DNA from: Xanthomonas campestris pv. campestris str. ATCC 33913
Lineage (GTDB): Bacteria; Pseudomonadota; Gammaproteobacteria; Xanthomonadales; Xanthomonadaceae
Direction of reading: 5' to 3'
Assembly (NCBI RefSeq): GCF_000007145.1
Contig: NC_003902.1
Location: forward strand, 1,597,436 to 1,629,435
DNA: 32,000 nt
Shown: positions 1 through 8,891 of the stretch, one piece after another
Layout of the letters: each line of letters starts with the position of its first letter
How positions within the stretch are numbered: the stretch's first letter is position 1
Program-made: the position numbers and the translations under genes
Notes under the pieces: generated by a model
Told to the model about the DNA's origin: nothing
Database searches by the model: none
Seen by the model: only the letters and a program-made list of their open reading frames with translations

Positions 1-358
1 TGGCCAGCGCACACAGGCCGGCGCGGCGCCAGATGCGCTCGTGCAGCGGATGCGTTTTGAACGTGCTGCGCACGCCGTGGACCATCGAAAAGCCCAGCGC
101 CAGGCTCAAGGTCGCATTGAGGCCGAGCATGGTCAGTGCCTGGCCCAGGTTGTCGATGCGGCGCCGGCTGGCGTACAGCGGGGAATTGGCCACGCGCAAC
201 ATGCGTGCGCTCAACGCCATGTCCATGCCGATGACGTTGGCCGTGGTGGTCATGTCGACGTCGGGGTCTTGCGCCAGCTCGATGATGCGCAGCGCCACGC
301 CCGGCGGCGAGGGCAGGTTGCGGCAGTAGTGCAGGGCGGCCTGGAGGTCTGGTTGCAT
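1..358 (-). CDS. HDOD domain signalling protein, N-terminal 119 codons (3' end lies beyond the window)
   Basis: Minus-strand ATG at 358 (cat at 356-358). The frame is open to position 1, so it is absent from the ORF track. Translation MQPDLQAALHYCRNLPSPPGVALRIIELAQDPDVDMTTTANVIGMDMALSARMLRVANSPLYASRRRIDNLGQALTMLGLNATLSLALGFS fits the HDOD pattern (LP.lP....i..l..dp......la.vI..D.aLsarlLr.aNSplY......i.nl.qAl..LG). Confidence 0.6.
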   Translation of the reverse strand, partial: MQPDLQAALHYCRNLPSPPGVALRIIELAQDPDVDMTTTANVIGMDMALSARMLRVANSPLYASRRRIDNLGQALTMLGLNATLSLALGFSMVHGVRSTFKTHPLHERIWRRAGLCALA

Positions 359-590
359 GGTTCATCGCCGACAGTGATCGCAAGCATACAGCCGCGGTCG
401 TTGAGTTGGGCACGCCACGCAGTGCAGTCGCCGCGCTGCAACGCAGGCGCAATGGGCGCTGGAAAGCCTGGTCGGCATCTCGTTTTTAGCGGCAGCGGCA
501 CGCGCATCTGTAGCGTTGCGGCCGGTTGCATACGCCGCGCATGCAGGCGGCCTGGCGGCAAACAGCGCTGCGCCAGCGCGTAGTGCGGGC

Positions 591-623
591 AAAAAAAAAG
601 CCGCGGCATGCCGCGGCTTTTTT
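591..623 (-). terminator. Rho-independent terminator downstream of tsf (symmetric A9/T6 flanks, potentially bidirectional)
   Basis: AAAAAAAAA-GCCGCGGCATGCCGCGGC-TTTTTT. GC palindrome at 600-617, located 20 nt past the tsf stop. Confidence 0.8.
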
Positions 624-642
624 CGTCATCGAACGCGGTGAA

Positions 643-1521
643 TCAGGCCAGTCCGGCCTGCTTCATCACTTCGGCAGCGTAGTCTTCCACCACCTTCTCG
701 ATGCCTTCGCCAACGGCCAGACGCTGGAAGCCGATCACTTCGGCGCCGGCGGCCTTGACCGCCTGCTCGACGGTCTGGTCGGTGTTCAGCACGTACGGCT
801 GGCCGTACAGGGTGACTTCGTTGACGATCTTGCTGATCTTGCCGCTGATGATCTTTTCCAGGATTTCGGCCGGCTTGGCCTTGTCCTTCTCGGACATCTT
901 GGCCAGCTCGATTTCCTTTTCCTTGGCAACGAACTCGGCCGGGACGTCGGAGGCCTTGACGTGCGGCGGGTTCATCGCAGCGATGTGCATCGCGATGCCA
1001 CGGGCCAGCTCGGCGTCGCCGCCCTTGAGCTCGACCAGCACGCCGATGCGGCCGCCGTGCACGTAGGCCGCGACGTTGTTGGCGCTGTCGATGCGGACCA
1101 GGCGACGTACCTGCAGGTTCTCGCCAACCTTGGCGATGACCGCAGCGCGACGCTCTTCGATGGTCTCGCCGCTGTCCAGCTTGACGCTCTTCAGGGCGTC
1201 GGCATCGGTCGCGTCAGAGTTCAGCGCAGCGTTGGCGACGACGTCGGTGAAGGCCAGGAAGTTCTCGTCCTTGGCGACGAAGTCGGTCTCGGAGTTGACT
1301 TCGACCAGCACTGCCTTGCCGCCAGCCTGTGCGGTGGCGATGCGGCCTTCGGCGGCAACGCGGTCGGCCTTCTTGTCAGCCTTGGCCAGACCCGACTTGC
1401 GCAGCCATTCGGCCGCGGCGTCGATGTCGCCTGCGTTTTCGACGAGTGCCTTCTTGCACTCCATCATGCCGGCGCCGGTGCGCTCGCGCAGTTCTTTAAC
1501 CAGGGAAGCAGTGATTTCCAT
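643..1521 (-). CDS. tsf: Translation elongation factor Ts
   Basis: ORF 643..1569 trimmed to the internal ATG at 1521, which is preceded by [63 protein letters not shown] is the canonical EF-Ts N-terminus. Lies immediately downstream of rpsB. Confidence 0.96.
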
Positions 1522-1691
1522 GGAATTACCTCGTATGGACGAATACGTGCGGCGGAAGTGTTCCGCCAATGAGGAGACGGTGCAGCGTGCTGGCCGCCCC
1601 CGTGGGTGTCTTCAATGGCCCGAGCGACGCGACGCGAGGGTCCCGTCGGGGCTGCGGCCGCACAGCATGGTGCGGCCGCATTGCATGCCGA

Positions 1692-2519
<828 letters not shown>

Positions 2520-2734
2520 TGAAAAAACTCCTGATAGCGGAATTGCCGTGCGCGGCTGTGGTTTGAAAACCTGCGCATGACTGTGCGAGCCCTGGCGGGG
2601 ACGCACGTAATTCCGGGGTTGGGCTTCCCTGTCGCCTCCGTGACGAACCCCTTGCGGGGCACCCCGGCACGGATGGCGGCGGCAGGTGTGAATTCGTCGA
2701 TGACGTCCGACGTGGACGGCGCGCTGCGCATGAA

Positions 2735-2768
2735 ACGCAAAACAGCCGGCGGAGTATAGCCGCCGGGG
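2735..2768 (-). terminator. Candidate intrinsic terminator of the pilus operon
   Basis: Stem CCGGCGG (2747-2753) / CCGCCGG (2760-2766). On the minus strand it is followed by CTGTTTTGCGTTTC. Lies about 50 nt past the stop of the last chaperone gene. Confidence 0.5.
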
Positions 2769-2816
2769 CAGGGCGATGCAATGTGACTCAGGGGCCGCGG
2801 TGCGTGCAGCGCCGGA

Positions 2817-3533
2817 TCATGGCTCCAGCACCAGGGTGCTCTCGGTGTCGCCATTGATACGGGCCACGAAGCGGCCCTTGCCGGCGGGCAGGCTGGCCGG
2901 CAGCGTCCAGCGTCGGGTCTGCCCGGGCAGGACGTAGCCGGCCAGGTCGTTGCGAATGCTCAACCGGGTACCGCTGGCATCGATATAAGCCAGGTCGGCC
3001 AGGCGGGCATGGCCGATGCCGGCATTGTGCACGCTCAAGGCCCGGCCGGCGCCGGACGGGGCCAGGCTGGCGTGCAACTGCGGGTGCACCTCGCCCGACT
3101 GGCTGGGCAGGGCGAATACCGGCGTGGAGTAGCGCAGCAGTTCTGGCTCATCGCCATTGGCGTGCTGGGTCACCACCAGGCGGTAGCTGTCTTCGGTGGT
3201 GGCCGGGCTGGGGCCGAGCCGGATCACCCGCAGCAGCTGGCGGCCCTGGCTGGGAATTTCGAACTGGCTGGGGCTGACGGTGGCAGTGATGGCCGGTTCA
3301 AGCACCTCGCGCTCGCCGTCCTGACGCCAGCGATACAGCTTTGCCTCTGCACGCCACGGTTTGCCGGCCTGGTTGTACAGCCACACGGTGGCCTGGTCGG
3401 CATCGGCGGGGATGCGCGCCGTGGTCGGTGCGATTGTGATCTCGGCGGCAACGGCCTGGGTGGACGTGACCAGGAGCATGCCAGCGGCCAGAACCGTGGC
3501 AAGCCAACGCGTCAGTGGCCAGGCGCCGGCCAT
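2817..3533 (-). CDS. Periplasmic pilus chaperone (PapD-like), second copy in the cluster
   Basis: ORF 2817..3818 trimmed to the ATG at 3533. Signal peptide MAGAWPLTRWLATVLAAGMLLVTSTQAVA/AE. Shares blocks with the other chaperone: LYRWRQ..., GRQLLRVIRLGP, SYRLVV, LRYSTPVF, GYVLPGQTRRWTL, ARINGD. Confidence 0.85.
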   Translation of the reverse strand: MAGAWPLTRWLATVLAAGMLLVTSTQAVAAEITIAPTTARIPADADQATVWLYNQAGKPWRAEAKLYRWRQDGEREVLEPAITATVSPSQFEIPSQGRQLLRVIRLGPSPATTEDSYRLVVTQHANGDEPELLRYSTPVFALPSQSGEVHPQLHASLAPSGAGRALSVHNAGIGHARLADLAYIDASGTRLSIRNDLAGYVLPGQTRRWTLPASLPAGKGRFVARINGDTESTLVLEP

Positions 3534-3534
3534 C

Positions 3535-3873
3535 TCAGAAAGCCACCGTGGTGATACGGGCAGCACCGGTCGGCGCCGGGCCGGCCAAGGCGCTGGCGAC
3601 CTGGCCGGTTGCGCTGGCGGCAGTGCCAGCGGTGCCGGGGGCAGCACTGGCAGCCGGTTCGATCGCCGCCGGGGTGCCCTTGGAGCAGTTGGCGCGTGCC
3701 GGCGAGGTGCGCAGTTCGCAGCCGCTGAGCACGCGCAAGCCGATATGCAGTGTGGAATTTTCCAGGCCTTGGCTGGTGCCGGCCGCCTCGGCAGTGGAGG
3801 CGGCGCAGGCCAGCGCAAGTAATGCAGAGCACTTCAGAAGGTTGAACGGCGTCATGAAGGCAATCGTTTGCAT
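3535..3873 (-). CDS. Small secreted Ala/Pro/Gly-rich protein, possible minimal or degenerate SCPU-type pilus subunit
   Basis: Same strand as the operon. Signal peptide ...MTPFNLLKCSALLALACAASTAEA/AG. Carries a Cys pair (SGCELRTSPARANCS) and a pilin-like C-terminal strand ARITTVAF-stop. Its TGA (3535-3537) lies 1 nt before the chaperone ATG at 3533. The start is ambiguous (ATG 3873 or 3855, TTG 3888) and has no clear SD. Confidence 0.5.
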   Translation of the reverse strand: MQTIAFMTPFNLLKCSALLALACAASTAEAAGTSQGLENSTLHIGLRVLSGCELRTSPARANCSKGTPAAIEPAASAAPGTAGTAASATGQVASALAGPAPTGAARITTVAF

Positions 3874-3921
3874 TGGAGACGTAGCCAATAACGACGTGCC
3901 CGATGCGAACTTAATTAACCA

Positions 3922-4956
3922 TCAGTAAGTGATCGAGACGGTCACCGTATCGGTATAGGCGCCAGCGGCCGGTAGCTGTGGCGACGGCGCACGCCCATAG
4001 ACGGTGACCGTCTGGGCGACGCCGTTGCCGGTGCCATTCAGGGTGTCGGTGCCGATGGTGGTGCCCCAGCGGTTGCTGCGCGCCGCATCGCGGTAGAGCT
4101 CGTAGGTGATGTAGTTGCTGCTGCTGGCCTGGCGCATTCGGCGGGTGCTGCCGCTGGCATTCACGCCGTTGCCCAGGCCGATGTTCCACGCGGTCCGGTT
4201 GGTGCACGACAGGCTGACGGTGGAGGTGCGGTCGATGTTGCTGGTAATGCTGCCGGCGATGGTGCCGAAGTCCAGGTCGGTGGTGACGTAGGTATTGCAG
4301 CGGGCGGGCACGTTGGCCGAGGCGGTGAACGGGAAGGCGTTGCTGGCGGTCTTGGCGCCGCTGCCGCCGGCCGTGCAACTGCTGGGGGCCGGCGGAATGC
4401 CGATGAGGCTTTCGGTATAGGCATACCGCAGCACGGTGTCGGCGCCACTGAAAGTGCTGGTGTGGTTGCCCACCGACAGGGTCTGATTGGCTGGAATGCG
4501 GCCGTACAGCGTGACCGACGTGGTCTGCGAGCCGCCGGTGATCAGCGGTACCCCGTACGAAAGTGTCAGTACGCGCGGCGAGGGCGTCGTCGAGCCAGTG
4601 GCCCCCCAGACCTGGGTACGGGTCGCCTCGGAGTAGATCTGGAAATCCAGGCTGTCGCTGGTGGGGTTGAGCATGCGGCGCGGCGCATACAGTCCGGCAC
4701 TGGCGCTGCCGGGGCCCAGATCCAGGCACAGGCTCACGTGCGCATAGCCCAGGACGCTGAGCGCGGCAGTTGCACAAGACACGTTGAGCGTTGCCACCGC
4801 GTCGGTGGTGCCGTTGGCGGCCACGTTGCCAAACGCCAGCGGCGTGCCGAGCGTGACGGTGCAGTTTGTGTCCGCGTGCGCGCGCTGGCTTGGGGCCAGC
4901 CACAGCGTGGCAATCGCCAGCGCGAACAACAAACGGCCAAGGCCTGTCAGGCTCAT
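3922..4956 (-). CDS. Two-domain SCPU (spore coat U / Csu-type) fimbrial protein, likely tip adhesin (CsuE-like)
   Basis: ORF 3922..5340 trimmed to the ATG at 4956, which overlaps the usher stop as ATGA. Signal peptide MSLTGLGRLLFALAIATLWLAPSQRAHA/DT. Two successive modules each have NCTV/RCNT...LDFG...C...Y.LY...W and a C-terminal TVTLYGRIP / TVTVYGRAP motif. Ends DTVTVSITY. Confidence 0.8.
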   Translation of the reverse strand: MSLTGLGRLLFALAIATLWLAPSQRAHADTNCTVTLGTPLAFGNVAANGTTDAVATLNVSCATAALSVLGYAHVSLCLDLGPGSASAGLYAPRRMLNPTSDSLDFQIYSEATRTQVWGATGSTTPSPRVLTLSYGVPLITGGSQTTSVTLYGRIPANQTLSVGNHTSTFSGADTVLRYAYTESLIGIPPAPSSCTAGGSGAKTASNAFPFTASANVPARCNTYVTTDLDFGTIAGSITSNIDRTSTVSLSCTNRTAWNIGLGNGVNASGSTRRMRQASSSNYITYELYRDAARSNRWGTTIGTDTLNGTGNGVAQTVTVYGRAPSPQLPAAGAYTDTVTVSITY

Positions 4957-7358
4957 GGCGCCGGCTCTGCGATGCACGGCAGCGGGCCGACGCGCGGGAT
5001 GTCGGTGGGATTGACCGGGTAGGTGAACTGCGCGCTGCAGCGGCCGTCGGGCAGGTCGACCAGGATGCGGTTCTCCTGCTGCAGATTCTCCAGATAGGTT
5101 TCGCCGTCGTACCCGACCACCACGCGTTCGGCATCGCCCTCGCGCCATACCACGCTGCCGACCGGCAACGGCACACCTTGCGCGTCGTGCAGCACGATCA
5201 TGGCTGCACGCACGGGCGTAATGCCGAAGCGCACCGCCACGCCGGATTGCTGGCGCGGGGTCACCGTGGTGTCTACCCGGTCCACGCGCAGGTTGGCCGG
5301 CAGTGCCAGCGTATCGATCGACAGCTGATTGCGTTGCCACGACTGCAGCGGGGTCACCAGCAACATGCCCTTGGCGTCGGTCACGCCGATCAGGCGGTTT
5401 TCCAGGCGCACCGGGATGCCCGGCTGGCCATCGGTGGAAACCACCGCGAACGCATCCTGCACGTCACGCGCGGCGAAACCGCGCCCGTTCATCCAGACCA
5501 GGCTGCCGCTGGCGCTGGCATAGCCGAAGGTGTCGCCGTCCTGCGTGGCAGCGCCCAGGCTGTAGCGACCGACGCGGTTCAACCAGCCCAGTTCCGCCAG
5601 CCCGCCGCTGGCGTCGTCGCCGGCGCGTGCCTGCAGGCGCCAGCCCACACCGCCCAGGTCGCCGTCACCCGGCAGCGGTTGGCTGACATCGGCCACAAAG
5701 CCGGTGCGGTTGCCGTTGCGCTGCATCGAAGCGCTGGCCTGGCGGATTCCGCCGAAGGTGGTGGAGAGCGACAGATACAGGCTGCGGTCGCGGCGCAGAT
5801 CCAGGTTCTGGTTGCCGGACAGGTTGGCGGCCCAGTTGCGGCCGAAGCTGCGCGACCAGAACACGCTGGCGTAGCGCGAGGTGTCGCCCTGCGGATAGCT
5901 CAGCCGGACGTAGCTGGTGCCGAGCGAGCCGAGCGGGTTGACGTTGACACCGAACACCGCGCGGTCGCTGACGCTCGCCGGCAGGCTGCCCTGCAGGGCG
6001 CCCAGGTCACGATAGTCGCCATGGGTGCGCTGGGTGGCGAAGTTGAGATTGAAGCGGCGGTTGTTCCAGGCGTAGCCCAGCACGTATTGGCCACCGTGCA
6101 AGCCGCCCATCTGGCTGTGCGCGTAGGCCACGTTGAACACGCCGCCGACACCAAGCAACCAGATGCCACCGGCGCCGGCATTGACCAGGCCGCCGCCGGC
6201 TTCGGCATGCGCCTCGATGGTGAAATCCTCGCGCACGCCCTTGCGCAGGCTGGCACTGGCCACCGGCCGGCTGTCGTAAGAAAACGAGCGCACGCCGTAA
6301 TCGCGACGCACTTGGCCGATGCCAGCCGACCACTCGGAGATGCCGCGCGCCAGCAGCTGCGGAGTGCCGTAGAACGCGAAATCCAGCCGGCGCACGCGGC
6401 CGAACGCATCGGTCACCACGATCTGCGCCTGGCCGGTGCCGCTGATGCCGGGCTGTGCGGCGAGCTGGAACGGGCCGGCCGGGACCTGGCCGCTGTATTG
6501 GCGCAGGCCATCGACGTACAGCTCCACCGTCGACGGCACCGCGGCTTCGCCGAGAAAGCTGGGCGTCGGGGTCAGCACGCGATACGGCTGCAGGGCGTAG
6601 TTGCGGCCGATCTGGATACCGCCCAGGCGGATCGACCGGCTCCAGTCGACGAAGCCGCTATAAAAATCGCCCACCCGCAGGCTGGTGGCGGTGTCGGGGA
6701 AATCCATCTGCCAGGCGCTGTCCAGGCGTACGGCTTCGCCGCGCCAGCCGCGGTCTTGCGCGCGGTTGTAGGTCTGGAACACGGCCGTGCTTTCGACCAT
6801 GCCCCGGCCCAGACCGAAGCCGCGCAGTTCGGTGGCCAGCGAGACGCTGCTGGCCCCCGCGTTGCGGTTGGCATACAGGTCGTAGTTGAGCAGCGCGCCC
6901 GGCGAGGCGGTGGCACTGGGCGGAGCGACTTCCTCACTCTTCAACACCGTGGTGGACAGCGAGAGCTGCGCCAGCGGGACCTGCAGGGCCAGCCGCTGCA
7001 GGGCGGCGTCATAACGCACTTCGACGTCGGGCATGCGGTCCAGGTCGACCAGCGCCTCGGGCGCTTGACCGTCCAGGATGAAGCCGAGTTTGCGCAAGGT
7101 CTGCACCGACGCACGCAAATTTCCATCCACCAGCTCGAACGGTGCCAGGCCGCGATCGGCTTGGTTGACGCTGACATCCAGATACAAGGTCTGCGCGGCC
7201 AAGACACCGGTCTGCGGTGCAGGATCCGGCAAGGACGCCACATCTGCCAGATCGGCGGCTGCCGTGTTCTGCAGACCGATGGCGGCGGCAAGCAGCGTCA
7301 TCGTCAGCCGCGCCACATCACGGCGCGGCCAGCAGGGTGCGTTCGTCAGCCTCACCAT
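4953..7358 (-). CDS. Outer-membrane fimbrial usher
   Basis: About 800-aa ORF. The N-terminal domain LYLDVSVNQADRGLAPFELVDGNLRASVQTLRKLGF and the long beta-barrel-like Gly/Tyr/Arg-rich body are typical of PapC/FimD-family ushers. Start is ATG 7358 (AAGGA upstream, basic n-region, overlaps the chaperone by 41 nt) or ATG 7301. Confidence 0.85.
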   Translation of the reverse strand: MVRLTNAPCWPRRDVARLTMTLLAAAIGLQNTAAADLADVASLPDPAPQTGVLAAQTLYLDVSVNQADRGLAPFELVDGNLRASVQTLRKLGFILDGQAPEALVDLDRMPDVEVRYDAALQRLALQVPLAQLSLSTTVLKSEEVAPPSATASPGALLNYDLYANRNAGASSVSLATELRGFGLGRGMVESTAVFQTYNRAQDRGWRGEAVRLDSAWQMDFPDTATSLRVGDFYSGFVDWSRSIRLGGIQIGRNYALQPYRVLTPTPSFLGEAAVPSTVELYVDGLRQYSGQVPAGPFQLAAQPGISGTGQAQIVVTDAFGRVRRLDFAFYGTPQLLARGISEWSAGIGQVRRDYGVRSFSYDSRPVASASLRKGVREDFTIEAHAEAGGGLVNAGAGGIWLLGVGGVFNVAYAHSQMGGLHGGQYVLGYAWNNRRFNLNFATQRTHGDYRDLGALQGSLPASVSDRAVFGVNVNPLGSLGTSYVRLSYPQGDTSRYASVFWSRSFGRNWAANLSGNQNLDLRRDRSLYLSLSTTFGGIRQASASMQRNGNRTGFVADVSQPLPGDGDLGGVGWRLQARAGDDASGGLAELGWLNRVGRYSLGAATQDGDTFGYASASGSLVWMNGRGFAARDVQDAFAVVSTDGQPGIPVRLENRLIGVTDAKGMLLVTPLQSWQRNQLSIDTLALPANLRVDRVDTTVTPRQQSGVAVRFGITPVRAAMIVLHDAQGVPLPVGSVVWREGDAERVVVGYDGETYLENLQQENRILVDLPDGRCSAQFTYPVNPTDIPRVGPLPCIAEPAP

Positions 7359-8061
7359 TGATCCTTGCGGTGATGGCGCCGCGGCCAAACTGTGCCAGCG
7401 GCGCGCCGAGCGACCAGCGCATGGTCTGGCCGGGCAGGACGTAGCCCACCAGTCCGTTCAACTCCGTCTTGGCCTTGCCATCGATCAGGTGCCGCAGATC
7501 GGCCACCTGTGCATGGCCGTTGCCGGTGTTGCGGATCTGGATCTGCGCGTTGCCGTCGCTGCCGGCCACCAGTTGCGTGTCCAGCCGCGGCGTGGGCGCG
7601 GCGATGCCGGGCGGTAGCACGAAGATCGGCACCGAGTAACGCAGCACGAACTGCATGCCGTTGCGGTCTGCGTCGACGCTGGGCAGTTCGTCGACAATGA
7701 TGCGGTAGCACACCTCTTCACCACGTGGCGGCGGCCCGGCGCGGATCACGCGGATCAACTGCCGCTCGCCAGCGGCCAGCGTGCGCATGGGTGGGCTGAT
7801 CAGCAGTTCCTGGGTGGGATCGAGCTGATCCTGGCCTTCGCGCTGGGTCCAGCGGTAGGCGCGGGTCTGCACCTGCACCGGCGCGCTGCCGCTGTTGCTC
7901 AGCCACAATCCATCGGCGCTCTGCTGGGCGGTCAGCGTGAGCGAGGTGGGCGCCAATTGCAGGCTGGCGGCGCGCACTGTGGTCGACTGGGTAGCCAGGC
8001 AAAGGCCGGACAAAGCCAGCAACAACAACGGACGCAGTGGCGAAAGCAGCGATAGCGGCAT
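7318..8061 (-). CDS. Periplasmic pilus chaperone (PapD-like), first copy
   Basis: ORF 7318..8223 trimmed to the ATG at 8061, 8 nt after the pilin stop. Signal peptide MPLSLLSPLRPLLLLALSGLCLATQSTTVRA/AS. Motifs AYRWTQ, GERQLIRVIRAGP, CYRIIVDELP, LRYSVPIFV, GYVLPGQTMRWSL. Confidence 0.85.
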   Translation of the reverse strand: MPLSLLSPLRPLLLLALSGLCLATQSTTVRAASLQLAPTSLTLTAQQSADGLWLSNSGSAPVQVQTRAYRWTQREGQDQLDPTQELLISPPMRTLAAGERQLIRVIRAGPPPRGEEVCYRIIVDELPSVDADRNGMQFVLRYSVPIFVLPPGIAAPTPRLDTQLVAGSDGNAQIQIRNTGNGHAQVADLRHLIDGKAKTELNGLVGYVLPGQTMRWSLGAPLAQFGRGAITARINGEADERTLLAAP

Positions 8062-8069
8062 GCGTGGGC

Positions 8070-8594
8070 TCAATAGATGATCGTGGCGGTGATGGTGTCT
8101 TGGTAGGTACCAGTGGCTGGGTTGCCGGCGGACGGGTTGGTCACGCGGCCGTACACCGGGTAGATCTGATTGATGCCGGTGGCGGTGCGGCTCAGCGTAT
8201 TGGTGCCGCTGGTGCTGCCCCACACTGTGCTGCGGCCCAGGTCCTGGTAGAGCTGATAAGCGACGAAGTTGTTGGTGGTGACCAGTGCATCGGTGTTCTT
8301 CATGCGGCGGGTGGTCACATCGTTGGCCGTCCCGGCATTGCTACCCGCGCTCAGGGCGATGTTGTAAGGCGTCAATGCGGTGCACTGAGCGGTGACGCTG
8401 CCGTTTGCATCGGCATTGGCGGTAGAGGTGGATAGCACCGAGCCGAAGTCGACGTCCGTGGCCGATGCCGCGGTGATGGTGCAGGCCTTGGTCACGGCAA
8501 TCTTGACGTTGAAGGTGGTGGTGTCTGCTGCTGTCGCGATGCCGACGGTCGAGAGCAGGCCGAGAGAGAGTAAGACAGGGCGGACATTACGCAT
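8070..8594 (-). CDS. SCPU-domain (Csu A/B-like) major fimbrial subunit
   Basis: ORF 8070..8672 trimmed to the ATG at 8594, with AAGGAA 6 nt upstream (ATG 8600 is an alternative). Signal peptide MRNVRPVLLSLGLLSTVGIATA/AD. Mature sequence has TFNVKIAVTKACTIT...VDFGSV...AQCT...AYQLYQD...VWGS...IYPVYGRV...YQDTITATIIY. Confidence 0.85.
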   Translation of the reverse strand: MRNVRPVLLSLGLLSTVGIATAADTTTFNVKIAVTKACTITAASATDVDFGSVLSTSTANADANGSVTAQCTALTPYNIALSAGSNAGTANDVTTRRMKNTDALVTTNNFVAYQLYQDLGRSTVWGSTSGTNTLSRTATGINQIYPVYGRVTNPSAGNPATGTYQDTITATIIY

Positions 8595-8654
8595 GGACAT
8601 TTCCTTGACCGAATAGGTCATTGATGACGCGACCAAGTCGTCGCCCTCCTCGTA

Positions 8655-8672
8655 ATGCATCCGCCGTGCCAA
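8655..8672 (-). promoter_or_regulatory. Candidate sigma54 (-24/-12) promoter for the pilus operon
   Basis: Minus strand reads TTGGCACGGCGGATGCAT, against consensus TGGCACG-N4-TTGCW. GG-N10-GC spacing is exact with one mismatch. Lies about 60 nt upstream of the pilin ATG. Confidence 0.45.
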
Positions 8673-8891
8673 AGATAACCATGAATCGGTTAGCTATCCC
8701 GCTGTTTTTTTTGGGTCTTTAGCAAAAAATGCGATGTCCTACGGATGACTCCGTTTCACGCAGTTTTGACGCGTGAAGACCTTCGTCACAATTCCGGTCC
8801 CCTTGCGCCGGATTTCCGCCGGCGAGCGCGAGCGTGCCGCGCAAAGCGTGGAGTCATTCAGATTCGCTCGGAATCGGCGATAATCCGCCAC

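Noticed and set aside
4866-7361. 831-aa plus-strand ORF antisense to the usher gene. Similar long antisense ORFs occur at 526-1572, 8739-10034, 13565-15055, 14026-15165, 17232-18638, 18869-19930, 24087-25109, 27885-28877, 28932-29975 and 30750-31943.
   Set aside because: High-GC genomes generate long stop-free antisense frames. These have Arg/Ala/Gly/His-rich compositions and no signal, domain or RBS features. Each is fully covered by a well-supported gene on the other strand.
8863-8888. PIP-box-like motif (TTCGC-N15/16-TCCGC) upstream of map.
   Set aside because: The second half-site is imperfect and the spacing is off by one. It sits in front of a housekeeping gene, so it is most likely chance.
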